From: an uncultured Hyphomicrobiales bacterium
GTDB taxonomy: Bacteria > Bacteroidota > Ignavibacteria > Kapaibacteriales > UBA2268
Assembly: GCA_964472015.1 (NCBI GenBank)
Contig: CAYYIP010000004.1
Location: 8,543 to 72,542 of the forward strand
Reading direction: 5' to 3'
DNA: 64,000 bases
A program made the position numbers and the translations under genes. This document shows, in pieces, positions 1-10,424 of this stretch; the first letter of the stretch is position 1, and every line of letters starts with the position of its first letter. The notes under the pieces were generated by a model. That model was given only the letters and a program-made list of their open reading frames with translations, made no database searches and was not told where the DNA came from.

Positions 1-1983
1 TATTTTGGTGGATACATAAATTATGGTTATCATTTTCATTTTATTAAAGATGGATTTTCCCTTTATTATGGGTTTCCTTATTTTGTTTCTGGTGATGTTC
101 ATAAAAAAGAAATTATTATGCCTATATTTCCTATCTTTAGTAAAGGTTCAGGTCCAGAATTTAATTTTGGAGGAATTTTTGAAAGTAAACTCAATCCTAA
201 TTTTAGTTTTGGATTTACTGCCGGTGCAGCAATAAGCGAAATAGATTTTAATTCAGATACTTTTCATATTATTAATAAACCCGGTACAATAGATACTATT
301 TATTATTGTTCTCAATATTTTGAGATAAAATTATATTCTATAAATTTAACACCTTATATAACATATAATATTTATAAAGGTTTATTCGCATCATTGGGGT
401 TAAATCTAGGTTTTATTGTGCATAGTGAAGCACGTGGATTTGGGGGCCTTTTTTATAAAGATATTTGGGATGAAACAAATAGAGAGCCTATTTTTTTCGA
501 TAGTGATGTTAATACAAATCATAATATTAAAGATTTTACTTCAGATTCTAATTTTGTAAAAACAGTTAATTTAAGTTTACCAATAGGACTTGGTTATAAT
601 TTTCATATTGGGCGTGGTATAATATTAACTCCATCTGTAAAATATAATTTAGCACTCACTAGTTTTTCTGATAAAAGAGATATAGATAATGAAGGAATAA
701 AGAATCGTATAACAGCTAATTGGGCCGCCAATAAAATTGAATTTGGTTTAGCTGTTAAGTTTCCAATAAGTAGTGAGGAAATTATAGAAGAAGATATAAT
801 TAAAGATGAATCAAATTTAAGTGCCGACTTAAATATTTATGGAATAGATACAAATGGGAATAGGATTTCTAATCCTACTTTAATTATAGAGGAAGTAGAA
901 ACAGAAGAGCATTTCCCTCTTTTATCAACAATATATTTTCCAGAAGGTAGTTCTAATTTATCAGATACTCGAACAGAATTACTTGATGATATAGGAGTAA
1001 GTAATTTTAGAGAAGAACACTTGAAAAGTGATGCTATTTCTATTAATCATAGTTTACTTAATATTATAGCTTATAGGATGTATTATAATAAAGATAGTAA
1101 GATTATGGTTGTTGGTTATTCAAATGAAAATGAAAGTTCTGAACTTGCTCTTGAACGTGCTAATACAGTAAAAAATTATTTAGTTGACGTTTGGGGTACA
1201 ACACCAGATAAAATTACTGTAAGAACAGATAAGATTCTAAATAAAAGTACTTCTTCAGATGCAATAGAAGAGAATTCACGAGTTGAAATATTACCGGCCG
1301 ATTTATCATCTTATGTTCTATTTACTCCTATCACTCTATCTTTTATAGATAAAATATCTAATCCACCTATGATTGAATTTGAACCAAGTGTAGAAGCAGA
1401 TGCGGGTTTTAGTAATTTAGTTTTAGATATTTCTCAAAAAGGGAATACTATAAAGCAATTTAATACCAATAGTACATCAAATATTTTATGGACCGTAGAA
1501 GGTATTGAATATGATAGTCCATTAAATGTCACTTTATTAGCAAGAGATTTTAATAATTCTAGTGTAAAAATAGATAAAGAAGTTTCTATTGAAAATATAA
1601 CAATGAGAACAAAGAAAGAAACCATTATAAAAGATAGTGGCTTAGTTGGTAATTATAAAATAGAACGTTATTCTTTAATTCTTTTTGAATATGATAAATC
1701 GGATATTTCTAAATTAGATGCTCAAAATATAAAAAATATAAAATCTCGTATGAAACCCAACTCAAAAGTTTTAATTTCAGGTTTTGGTGATAGGAATGGT
1801 ACTCAACAATATAATAAAAATTTAGCACATCGTAGGTGTGAAGAAGTTGCCAAATTATTAGGTGTCAAAAATGCTATAATCAGAGCTGTTGGTAATGATA
1901 ATTTGCTTTTTGACAATTCCTTTCCTGAAGGTCGAGCACTTTCACGTACTGTTCGTATAGAAATAAAAACTCCTATAAAATAA
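1..1983 (+). CDS. Outer-membrane/surface protein with two C-terminal OmpA-like domains, paralog A. It is 5'-truncated by the window edge; the frame is open from nt 1.
   Basis: Frame 1 is open from base 1 (YFGGYINYGYHF...), colinear with the N-terminus of the downstream paralog. OmpA-like motifs VVGYSNENESSELALERANTVKNYL and ISGFGDRNGTQQYNKNLAHRRCEEV are present. It is ~70% identical to the 2156..4213 product. Confidence 0.6.
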   Translation, partial: YFGGYINYGYHFHFIKDGFSLYYGFPYFVSGDVHKKEIIMPIFPIFSKGSGPEFNFGGIFESKLNPNFSFGFTAGAAISEIDFNSDTFHIINKPGTIDTIYYCSQYFEIKLYSINLTPYITYNIYKGLFASLGLNLGFIVHSEARGFGGLFYKDIWDETNREPIFFDSDVNTNHNIKDFTSDSNFVKTVNLSLPIGLGYNFHIGRGIILTPSVKYNLALTSFSDKRDIDNEGIKNRITANWAANKIEFGLAVKFPISSEEIIEEDIIKDESNLSADLNIYGIDTNGNRISNPTLIIEEVETEEHFPLLSTIYFPEGSSNLSDTRTELLDDIGVSNFREEHLKSDAISINHSLLNIIAYRMYYNKDSKIMVVGYSNENESSELALERANTVKNYLVDVWGTTPDKITVRTDKILNKSTSSDAIEENSRVEILPADLSSYVLFTPITLSFIDKISNPPMIEFEPSVEADAGFSNLVLDISQKGNTIKQFNTNSTSNILWTVEGIEYDSPLNVTLLARDFNNSSVKIDKEVSIENITMRTKKETIIKDSGLVGNYKIERYSLILFEYDKSDISKLDAQNIKNIKSRMKPNSKVLISGFGDRNGTQQYNKNLAHRRCEEVAKLLGVKNAIIRAVGNDNLLFDNSFPEGRALSRTVRIEIKTPIK

Positions 1984-2026
1984 TTTGGATAATATAATAA
2001 TTATATTTATTTTATTGTAAACTTAT

Positions 2027-2058
2027 AAAAGAGAAGCAAGTGCTTCTCTTTTTTTTAA
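2027..2058 (+). terminator. Rho-independent terminator of paralog A
   Basis: AAAAGAGAAGCaagtGCTTCTCTTTTTTTT hairpin plus T-tract. Confidence 0.7.
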
Positions 2059-2155
2059 TATAATTAAAAATAATTTTTTGTAAATTATTTTAATTATTAT
2101 TATATTAATATTTTATAAATAAATATTAATAAACTTTTAATTTATAGGTAATTGA

Positions 2156-4213
2156 ATGAATAAAAATTATAACAAATTTAGTTTACTACTAATACTTATT
2201 ACATTATTAATGTTAAAAAGTAACGTGTTATCTGCCGAGTATCAAAGTACGACTTATTTAGGTGGATATATAAATTATAATTATCATATGCATTCTGTGA
2301 AAGATAGTTTTTCAACTTATTTTTATGCTTATTTACCGCCACAAATTATTTTTGAGCCTACTTTTACTAAAGGTACAGGTTCAGGAGTTGATTTAGGAGG
2401 ACTTTTTGAGAGAAGACTTAATTCTGATTTTAGTATTGGATTTACTATAGGTGCAGCGTTAGGTGAAATAAATTTTATTGCAGATACTTTTAATATTTAT
2501 TTTGGTGAAGTTGTTAATGTTGAGAGTTTTTTTGAACCTCAATATTTTGATTTAAAATTCTATACTATAAATTTGACACCTTATGTAACATATAATATTT
2601 ATAAAGGTTTATTTGCGTCATTAGGGCTTAATGTAGGTTTTGTTATGCATAGTAATGCTGATTCACGTGGGAAATTTACTATTATAAATGCTGGTTATAG
2701 AGATTTTGAATTTGATTATAATAGAGATATATTATATTTAGATGGGGGGAGGAGCTTTACTATGGTGCATACACTTGATGATTTTAATACTGATGCTGAT
2801 TATGTAAAAAAAATTCAAATAGGTTTACCAATAGGACTTGGTTATAATTTTCATATAGGCAATGGAGTAATATTTTCACCATCTATAAGATATAATTTAG
2901 CACTTACTAGTTTTTCTGATAAAAGAGAGAGAGCAAGCGAAGATCTTCGTGTCCCAACAGATTGGATTGCTAATAAACTAGAAGTTTGTTTTGCTATTAA
3001 GTTTCCAACAGGTAGAATAAACGAAGAAGTTGTAGAAGATGATATAATTAATGATGAATCAAATTTAAGTGCTGACTTAAATATTTATGGAATAGATACA
3101 AATGGTAATAGGATTTCCAATCCTACTTTAATTATAGAGGAAGTAGAAACAGACGAATACTTCCCTCTCTTATCAATAGTATATTTTAAAGAAGGTAGTT
3201 CTAGTTTATCAGATACAAGAGTAGAATTACTTGAAGATATTGATGTAGGTAATTTTAGAGAAGAGAATTTACCGAAAGATGCTATTGCTATTCATTATAA
3301 TGCTCTTAATATTATAGCTAATAGAATGCATAATAATAAAGATACAAAAATTACCGTTGTTGGTTATTCAAATGATAATGAAAGTTCTGAACTTGCTCTT
3401 GAACGTGCTAATACAGTTAAAGATTATTTAGTTAATACTTGGAGTATAGTACCAAATAAAATTACTGTAAAAACAGATAAGATTCTAGATAAAAGTACTT
3501 CGCCAGATGCAATAGAAGAGAGTTCACGAGTTGAAATTGTACCAACAGATTTATCTTCTTATATTTTATTTTCTCCAATAAACTTATCTTTCGTTGATAA
3601 AGTTTCTAATCCCCCTATGGTTGAATTTGAACCAAAGATAGAAGCAGATGCAGGCTTAAATAATTTAGTTTTAGATATTTCTCAAAATGATAATAATATT
3701 AGGCAATTTAATAAAAATAATACTTCAAATATTTTATGGACAGTTAAAGATGTTGAATATGATACACCATTAGATATAACTTTACTTGTAAGAGACTTAA
3801 ACAATAAAACTGTAGAAGTAGATAAAAATATTTCTATTGAAAATATTACTATTAAAGAAAAAAAAGCAACTATTGAAGGTAATTATAAAGTAGAACGTTA
3901 TTCTTTAATTCTTTTTGAATATGATAAATCAGAAGTTTCTAAAATAGATGTTCAAAATATAAAAAATATAAAGTCACATATTCAATCCAACTCAAAAGTT
4001 TTAATTTCAGGTTTTGCGGATAGGAATGGGAATAGACAATATAATCAAAATTTAGCAAAACGTAGATGTGAAGAAGTTCGTAAGGTAATAGGAATAAAAA
4101 ATGCAATAATAAGAGCTATTGGGAATGATAATCTACTTTTTGATAATTCCTTCCCTGAAGGTCGAGCGCTTTCACGTACTGTTCGTATAGAAATAAGAAC
4201 TCCTATAAAATAA
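2156..4213 (+). CDS. Outer-membrane/surface protein with two C-terminal OmpA-like domains, paralog B. It has a signal peptide.
   Basis: Signal peptide MNKNYNKFSLLLILITLLMLKSNVLSA. The porin-like N-terminal region (GLGYNFHIG) and two OmpA-like C-terminal modules are the same as in the upstream paralog. Confidence 0.6.
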   Translation: MNKNYNKFSLLLILITLLMLKSNVLSAEYQSTTYLGGYINYNYHMHSVKDSFSTYFYAYLPPQIIFEPTFTKGTGSGVDLGGLFERRLNSDFSIGFTIGAALGEINFIADTFNIYFGEVVNVESFFEPQYFDLKFYTINLTPYVTYNIYKGLFASLGLNVGFVMHSNADSRGKFTIINAGYRDFEFDYNRDILYLDGGRSFTMVHTLDDFNTDADYVKKIQIGLPIGLGYNFHIGNGVIFSPSIRYNLALTSFSDKRERASEDLRVPTDWIANKLEVCFAIKFPTGRINEEVVEDDIINDESNLSADLNIYGIDTNGNRISNPTLIIEEVETDEYFPLLSIVYFKEGSSSLSDTRVELLEDIDVGNFREENLPKDAIAIHYNALNIIANRMHNNKDTKITVVGYSNDNESSELALERANTVKDYLVNTWSIVPNKITVKTDKILDKSTSPDAIEESSRVEIVPTDLSSYILFSPINLSFVDKVSNPPMVEFEPKIEADAGLNNLVLDISQNDNNIRQFNKNNTSNILWTVKDVEYDTPLDITLLVRDLNNKTVEVDKNISIENITIKEKKATIEGNYKVERYSLILFEYDKSEVSKIDVQNIKNIKSHIQSNSKVLISGFADRNGNRQYNQNLAKRRCEEVRKVIGIKNAIIRAIGNDNLLFDNSFPEGRALSRTVRIEIRTPIK

Positions 4214-4255
4214 TTGGATAATATAATAATTATATTTATTTTATTGTAAACTTAT

Positions 4256-4288
4256 AAAAAGAGAAGCAAGTGCTTCTCTTTTTTTTGT
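4256..4288 (+). terminator. Rho-independent terminator, identical copy of the 2027..2058 hairpin
   Basis: AAAAAGAGAAGCaagtGCTTCTCTTTTTTTT. Confidence 0.7.
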
Positions 4289-4368
4289 ATTTTTAATTAT
4301 ATATATATTTAATTTTTGTATTTTTGTATTCTTAATTATATATTTTATTCATTAAAATTTTATAAAAA

Positions 4369-4629
4369 ATGAAACGCGAAAATAGAATTTGTCAAAGTTG
4401 TGGTATGCCATTAAAAAAAGATCCAAATTCAGGTGGGACAGAAGCAGATGGTTTAAAATCAAAAAAATATTGTAGTTATTGTTATCAAGATGGTAAATTT
4501 ACTATGGATTGTACTGCAAAAGAGATGCAAGATTATTGTTATAATATGATGATTACAAAAATGAAAATGCCTAAATTATTAGCAAAGCTATTTACAATAA
4601 GTATTCCCAAATTAGAACGTTGGAAATAA
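4369..4629 (+). CDS. Small zinc-ribbon domain protein (Zn_ribbon_2-like)
   Basis: CQSCGMPL...x19...YCSYCYQDGKF pattern (C-x2-C ... C-x2-C-Y) in an 86-aa protein. Confidence 0.5.
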   Translation: MKRENRICQSCGMPLKKDPNSGGTEADGLKSKKYCSYCYQDGKFTMDCTAKEMQDYCYNMMITKMKMPKLLAKLFTISIPKLERWK

Positions 4630-4765
4630 ACATAATAATATTTTTTTATTTAAAATATAATTATAATACTAAAAATTAAATTAAAATATTATTTAATGTT
4701 ATTTTTATTTATTTTATAAACTTTATATTATGTCTCAAATATAGTTATGTATCGAGGAATATATT

Positions 4766-5398
4766 ATGGCATTATCCAAAACTATTTTAAAAGAATGTAA
4801 TAATATTTTGACCTTAGGCGGTACACTTGTTTTTCCTACTGAGACTGTTTATGGATTAGGCGCAAATATTTTTAATGAAGAAGCCGTAAGAAAAATATAT
4901 AGAATAAAAGGTCGTTCTTTTTCAAAGCCACTTACAGCGCATATTTCTTCTTTATTACAAGTAAAATTAATTTGTAATAATATTCCTGATATATTTTATA
5001 AATTAGCAGAAAAATTTTTGCCGGGACCATTATCTATTATAATTCCTAATGTTCATCCTAACGTTCCTAAAATTGTAACTAGTGGTTATGATACTATTGC
5101 AATTAGGTTTCCTAATCATAATATTTGCAAAGAAATAATAAATGATTTTTCTATTCCATTAGCAGCGACGTCTGCAAATATATCAGGTAGTAAATCACCT
5201 GTTAGTTTTGAAGAAATAGGGGTTGAAGTTATAAATAAAGTTGATAAAGTTATTAATGGTGGCGAATGTATTTATAAAACAGAATCTACAGTATTAAGTA
5301 TTGTTTCTAATCCAGTAGTTTTGCGTCAAGGTGTGCTAAATATTAACGAAATAGAAGAAGTTATTAATCAAAAAATAACAAAAGGTTTTAGAGAATAA
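4766..5398 (+). CDS. tsaC: L-threonylcarbamoyladenylate synthase, Sua5/YciO/YrdC family
   Basis: LVFPTETVYGLGANIFNEEAVRKIYRIKGRSFSKPLTAHISS, a YrdC-domain signature, in ~210 aa. Confidence 0.7.
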   Translation: MALSKTILKECNNILTLGGTLVFPTETVYGLGANIFNEEAVRKIYRIKGRSFSKPLTAHISSLLQVKLICNNIPDIFYKLAEKFLPGPLSIIIPNVHPNVPKIVTSGYDTIAIRFPNHNICKEIINDFSIPLAATSANISGSKSPVSFEEIGVEVINKVDKVINGGECIYKTESTVLSIVSNPVVLRQGVLNINEIEEVINQKITKGFRE

Positions 5399-5426
5399 TT
5401 TATAAGATAAGTAATAGTAAATTTCT

Positions 5427-7313
5427 ATGAAAAGTATAAGCCAAGATATTTTAAGAAGTATAACAGATCAAATCAATATAGTTGATTTGATAAGCGATTA
5501 TGTTTCTTTGAAATCAACAGGAAGTAATTATAAGGGATTATGTCCTTTTCATCAAGAAAAGACTCCTTCTTTTACTGTTTCTCAAGCAAAAGGACTTTAT
5601 TATTGTTTTGGATGTGGCGTGCATGGGAATGCTATTAATTTTTTACAAAATTATTTAAATATAAGTTTTTTAGAATCAGTTAATATGCTTGCTGAAAGAT
5701 GTGGTATTAATATTCCTAATCTACAAAATAAAAAGGAAGATCCTATAGAACAAGAATTAAGAAATTTATATCATATTGCTCAAAATTATTATTCTTTTTT
5801 GTTAAAAGATTTAGTAGGCAAAGAAGCATATAAATATTTTATAGACAGGAAATTATTACCAGAAACTATAGAAAAATTTGGACTTGGATATTCTTTAGAT
5901 GCTTTTGATAGTTTACTTAAAGAATTTAGGAAGCGCAATATATCTAATGAATTATTGGTTAATTCTGGTTTGATATCTCAAAAGAATGGTAAATATTATG
6001 ATTTTTTTCGTAATCGTGCAATGTTTCCAATAAAAGATACATTAGGACGAACAATAGCTTTTGGAGGAAGACAAATAGTAGTTGATAAAAATAGTGGAAA
6101 ATATATAAATTCTAGTGAATCTTTAATATATAATAAGAAAAAAATTCTCTTTGGATTATATGAAGCAATGTCAGAGATTCGTAAGACAAAAGAGGTTTTT
6201 ATTGTAGAAGGATATTTGGATGTTATTACTTTATCGCAAGCGGGAATAAAAAATGTAGTTGCACCGTGTGGAACATCGTTAACTATAGAGCAACTAAAGT
6301 TATTAGAAAAATATACGAACGTAAAAACTATTTATTTTTTGTTTGATGGAGATCAAGCAGGAGTGAATGCCACTATAAGATCTATACAAATAGTTCTAAA
6401 TATTGGATTCGATTTACGTATTATTTCTTTGCCTCCTAATGAAGATCCAGATAAACTTATAAATTCTGAAAATGGGATAGAACAATTTTATAAATATAAA
6501 GAAAATTATTTTTCTTTTGTTGAGTTTATTTATAAAAAATTAAAAGAAAATAATAAATTAACAACTGCTGTTGAAAAATCGAATGCTATAAGAGATATTA
6601 TAAAATTAATTTTATCTATACAAGATATTATTCAACATAGATTTTATCTTGAGAATCTTTCGGAAGTATTTAATTTTCCAATATATGATTTAAATATTAT
6701 ATATGAAGAAGAACGTAATAACAAAGCTGGGAATTCTAATAATTTATTAAATTTAAATAGTAAACTAAATAATGTAGTTAATATTGAAGATAGTTCAAAT
6801 AATGAAATTGAATTAAATATAAACGATTTAGAGGTTGAAGAAAAAGATATTTTAAAGTTTGCTTTAAAAAGTCCTAATAATTTTCGTTTTTTAAAAGAAA
6901 AATTTAATATTTCAGAAAATAATTTTATTACGAATATTGGGAAACTTATTTTTGAGATTATATTTGAATATTGGGATAATGAAAATATAATAAATGAATT
7001 ATATAATGATAATACTGTTTCTGCTACAATTATAAAAAATATAGAATATTTACAATCAGACGAGACTACTATAAGTGAAAATTGGAAAAGTTTTGTTGAC
7101 TTAGAGATAGAAAGTGAAATAAATTTAGAGAAAACTATGGAAGTAATTTTTTATAAATTACGTATTAAAGCTATTGAACTTGAGTTAAAAAAATTATTAG
7201 AGTTAATAAAAACAGCAGATACTATAGATAATACAAAAATATTATTAGAAAAAATGAAAATATTGCAAGATGAAAGAAAAAATATAACAGATAATTATTT
7301 AAAATATGAGTAA
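5427..7313 (+). CDS. dnaG: DNA primase with a long low-complexity N/E/K-rich C-terminal region
   Basis: CHC2 zinc finger CPFHQEKTPSFTVSQAKGLYYCFGCGVHGNAINF and Toprim core EGYLDVITLSQAGIKNVVAPCGTSLT. Confidence 0.9.
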   Translation: MKSISQDILRSITDQINIVDLISDYVSLKSTGSNYKGLCPFHQEKTPSFTVSQAKGLYYCFGCGVHGNAINFLQNYLNISFLESVNMLAERCGINIPNLQNKKEDPIEQELRNLYHIAQNYYSFLLKDLVGKEAYKYFIDRKLLPETIEKFGLGYSLDAFDSLLKEFRKRNISNELLVNSGLISQKNGKYYDFFRNRAMFPIKDTLGRTIAFGGRQIVVDKNSGKYINSSESLIYNKKKILFGLYEAMSEIRKTKEVFIVEGYLDVITLSQAGIKNVVAPCGTSLTIEQLKLLEKYTNVKTIYFLFDGDQAGVNATIRSIQIVLNIGFDLRIISLPPNEDPDKLINSENGIEQFYKYKENYFSFVEFIYKKLKENNKLTTAVEKSNAIRDIIKLILSIQDIIQHRFYLENLSEVFNFPIYDLNIIYEEERNNKAGNSNNLLNLNSKLNNVVNIEDSSNNEIELNINDLEVEEKDILKFALKSPNNFRFLKEKFNISENNFITNIGKLIFEIIFEYWDNENIINELYNDNTVSATIIKNIEYLQSDETTISENWKSFVDLEIESEINLEKTMEVIFYKLRIKAIELELKKLLELIKTADTIDNTKILLEKMKILQDERKNITDNYLKYE

Positions 7314-8010
7314 AAGTATAGATATAGAAAAAAAAACTGATAATAAAACAAAAAGCTATAAAGATAGAATAAAAAAAGATAGAATAAAAATACAAAAGAT
7401 AATAGATATATTATCTTTAGATTATCCTAATACAGATACAGATCTAAAGCATTATTCGCCTTTTGAGTTGTTAATAGCGACAATACTATCAGCTCAATGT
7501 ACTGATGTTCGTGTTAATATGGTATTACCGGAACTATTTAAAAAATATCCGTCTCCTTTTGAATTATCATTAGCAGAACAAGATGAAGTAGAAAAGATTA
7601 TTTATTCTACTGGATTTTACAAAAATAAAGCGAAAAATATAATTGCTTGTTCTCGTGTTTTGGTTGATAGATATAAAGGTGAAATTCCAAATAATATTGA
7701 GGAATTAGTAAAATTACCTGGTGTTGGGCGAAAAACTGCTAATTGTGTTTTAGGTGTTTATTTTAAAGCTGAGGGGATTGTTGTTGATACTCATGTTAGT
7801 CGTATAATAAAATTACTTGGTTTTGTTAATACACGTGATGCAGTTATAGTAGAACGCTATTTAATGGATATTGTAGATTATAAATATTGGAGCAAAATAT
7901 CTCATTATTTTATTAGATTTGGTCGTAATATTTGCATAGCACGTATTCCAAAATGTAAAGACTGTAAGATTAATAAATATTGTGATAGTTATAATTTTAA
8001 TAAAAAATAA
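7306..8010 (+). CDS. nth: Endonuclease III (HhH-GPD DNA glycosylase with a 4Fe-4S cluster). It overlaps the dnaG stop by 8 bp.
   Basis: LPGVGRKTANCVLGV HhH motif. C-x6-C-x2-C-x5-C cluster CIARIPKCKDCKINKYC. Confidence 0.85.
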   Translation: MSKSIDIEKKTDNKTKSYKDRIKKDRIKIQKIIDILSLDYPNTDTDLKHYSPFELLIATILSAQCTDVRVNMVLPELFKKYPSPFELSLAEQDEVEKIIYSTGFYKNKAKNIIACSRVLVDRYKGEIPNNIEELVKLPGVGRKTANCVLGVYFKAEGIVVDTHVSRIIKLLGFVNTRDAVIVERYLMDIVDYKYWSKISHYFIRFGRNICIARIPKCKDCKINKYCDSYNFNKK

Positions 8011-8092
8011 AAAATTATTTTTAAATATAAAAAATTATATATTTGTATTATTTAGTCCATTTATTTTTATTTTAATATAGATTAATTTTGTT

Positions 8093-8779
8093 ATGGAATG
8101 TATTTATTTAGAAAAATTAGAACAAAATACAAAGCAAATTATTATTCCTGATTCTGAATTAAGACATATAAAAGTTTTAAGATTAGGTGTAGACGAAAAA
8201 ATATTAGCGACTAATGGACGAGGGATACAAGCATATATTTCTATTGAAAATATATACAATAAAACTTATGCAACAAATATTCAATTTATTAATGGGCTAG
8301 ATAGAGAATTAAAAATAAAACTTGGTTTAGCTATGGGGAAACTAGACAATCGTGATAGATTTGAATTTGCCTTTGAAAAGAGTATAGAACTTGGAATAAC
8401 TGATTTTTATATATTAAATACTGAATTTTCACAAAAGAAAGAATATACAAAAGAAAGAATGCTATCTAAAGCTATTGCAACATTAAAGCAGTGCAAACGT
8501 TCTATATTGCCTAATATTTATTATTTGGGTGATATAAAAGATATGCAGGAGTACGTAGAAAAATATAATACTTGTATATTAACTTCAGAAGATGGTGAAA
8601 AAATTAAGGTTATACAGCCTCAAGATACTTTAATTTTTATAGGACCAGAAGGTGGTTTTTCTAAAACAGAAATTGATTTTTTAATGAATTTTAAAAATAT
8701 GAAAAAAGTTAATTTAGGGAATAGACGATTAAGATCTGAAACGGCGGCGATTTTATCAGTTGGACTTTTTTCTTTATAA
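8093..8779 (+). CDS. rsmE: 16S rRNA (uracil1498-N3)-methyltransferase RsmE family
   Basis: C-terminal SPOUT motif IFIGPEGGFSKTEIDFL in ~230 aa. Confidence 0.65.
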   Translation: MECIYLEKLEQNTKQIIIPDSELRHIKVLRLGVDEKILATNGRGIQAYISIENIYNKTYATNIQFINGLDRELKIKLGLAMGKLDNRDRFEFAFEKSIELGITDFYILNTEFSQKKEYTKERMLSKAIATLKQCKRSILPNIYYLGDIKDMQEYVEKYNTCILTSEDGEKIKVIQPQDTLIFIGPEGGFSKTEIDFLMNFKNMKKVNLGNRRLRSETAAILSVGLFSL

Positions 8780-8826
8780 ATATTTATAGGTTTATTAGAA
8801 AAGAATATAAAATATAATGGTAAATT

Positions 8827-10317
8827 ATGAAAAAACAGCAAATGATAAATAATAAAAAACGTAGAATTGATATATATTTTGTGCTTTATTTGGCTGCTTT
8901 GGTTTTGCTTATTTCTAAAACAGGACAAAAGGAAAATATAGAAGATAACATACAACATAAAAACTTTGATTTACCTTTTATTTTAAAAGCTGAAAAGCCA
9001 TTATTAACTTGTAACGTATGGGTTGATTCTTTAGGTAAGCAATATTATGAATTAGATTCTATTAATTATATTTGGAATATTGGTGATGTTGAAGACGTTA
9101 GATATGAATTTGTTGTAGAAGATAAAGAATTAAAACATAGTATGCATTTATCTAAAGATCTTAAGTTTGAGAGGAAAGTTTTTAATTTTAAAGAAGATAA
9201 CGAAAATAAAATGGCAATATTTTATTGGTATCCTTTACTTTATGGTCGAGAAAATAAAACATATATAGTACATGTTACTGCAACTGCAAAATTAATTAAT
9301 TCGTCAGATGAATATCGTATAAAAGCAAAAACACAGTTTAGTTTAGTTGTAACTTATTTAGATTCCATTCAAAATAATAATTTTTTTAGTGAAAATTTAA
9401 TAGATACAAGTAAGTATAATATAAAAGATAATAATTATATTCTTCCGTCTCAATCTGTGTTTTCTGCAACTAATTTAGGTCCATTAAGTCTATTTGCATC
9501 TTCTTCTAAAATAAAGGGAATAGCTTTTCAAGAATGGGAGAATACAATATTTTGTATGGGTGTAAATCCAAAAACTGATTTAGCAGCTGCGCCAAAATTG
9601 GAAATAAAAAATAATCCCAATAATAATGATGGTACTGTTTATATTCATTCATATACAGATAATACAATTGTTCTTAGGGGACGAATTCCTGCTTTTGGAA
9701 CTAGTAAAGTTTTTTTAACGTTAGAACGTAAACGTGATGTTAATGAAGCAACTGTTTCTTTTGAAGTTACACCACAAGATATAGAATCTCCTATATATCC
9801 TCGTGAGATGTATCCAGAACAAAACTATGTTTTTAATCCGAAATTGCCTTTTAACATAGGAAATGCAAAATCTATATTAAGAACAGGTAATAAAATAAGA
9901 GGTGAAAATTATCAAGGTGGAATTATAGAATTTACACCGTCTCAAAGTGATACGGGGAAGACCTTTGTTTTTGAGAGGTTTATTAATGATGTGCCAGTAG
10001 GAACGGCAATTAATATAAAAGTTAATCCTAATGCAAACCCAATTATTACTAGAGTTGCAGAAAAAGAGAAAAATGTTATAATATTAAATATATCTTCTTT
10101 TGGAATATATAATTCAAAAGAGAATAGGATTAAAGAGTTAATTATTACAGGGAATGCAAAATATAAACCTTTATATGGAAAAACTTCTGTTGATAGAACT
10201 AGATTAATTTGGTATGAACAATTTGAAATTGTACCTATTGATATAAAGAAAACTTTTTCTTTTACTGTAATAGCTATAGATAATAGTGGTAAACAATCAG
10301 AAAAAATTTCTTATTAA
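8827..10317 (+). CDS. Hypothetical membrane-anchored protein (N-terminal TM helix)
   Basis: Long ORF with N-terminal hydrophobic segment IDIYFVLYLAALVLLIS. No motif recognised. Confidence 0.4.
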   Translation: MKKQQMINNKKRRIDIYFVLYLAALVLLISKTGQKENIEDNIQHKNFDLPFILKAEKPLLTCNVWVDSLGKQYYELDSINYIWNIGDVEDVRYEFVVEDKELKHSMHLSKDLKFERKVFNFKEDNENKMAIFYWYPLLYGRENKTYIVHVTATAKLINSSDEYRIKAKTQFSLVVTYLDSIQNNNFFSENLIDTSKYNIKDNNYILPSQSVFSATNLGPLSLFASSSKIKGIAFQEWENTIFCMGVNPKTDLAAAPKLEIKNNPNNNDGTVYIHSYTDNTIVLRGRIPAFGTSKVFLTLERKRDVNEATVSFEVTPQDIESPIYPREMYPEQNYVFNPKLPFNIGNAKSILRTGNKIRGENYQGGIIEFTPSQSDTGKTFVFERFINDVPVGTAINIKVNPNANPIITRVAEKEKNVIILNISSFGIYNSKENRIKELIITGNAKYKPLYGKTSVDRTRLIWYEQFEIVPIDIKKTFSFTVIAIDNSGKQSEKISY

Positions 10318-10424
10318 ATTTGTAATATTTTAATAAAAAATATATATATTTGTATAATAATAATATGTATAGAATATTATTTTTAAAATTTTTATAATAT
10401 AAATAAAAATAGGAAAAGAAGAAA

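Noticed and set aside
1434-1625. Assorted short antisense ORFs inside well-supported genes, for example 1434..1625, 8620..8958, 14670..14873, 17665..17931, 18401..18631, 21887..22093, 23363..23665, 25985..26576, 29649..29969, 44000..44218, 49582..49812, 50961..51404 and 56952..57179
   Set aside because: Each lies antisense to or overlaps a gene with clear conserved motifs. None has recognisable motifs or start signals. They are expected by chance in AT-rich sequence.
8827-10317. Resemblance of the N-terminus (QQMINNKKRRIDIYFVLYLAALVLL) to GldM/PorM (KMINLMYLV...)
   Set aside because: Only a short, compositionally biased segment matches. No gldK/L/N neighbours are present. There is not enough evidence to call a T9SS or gliding component.
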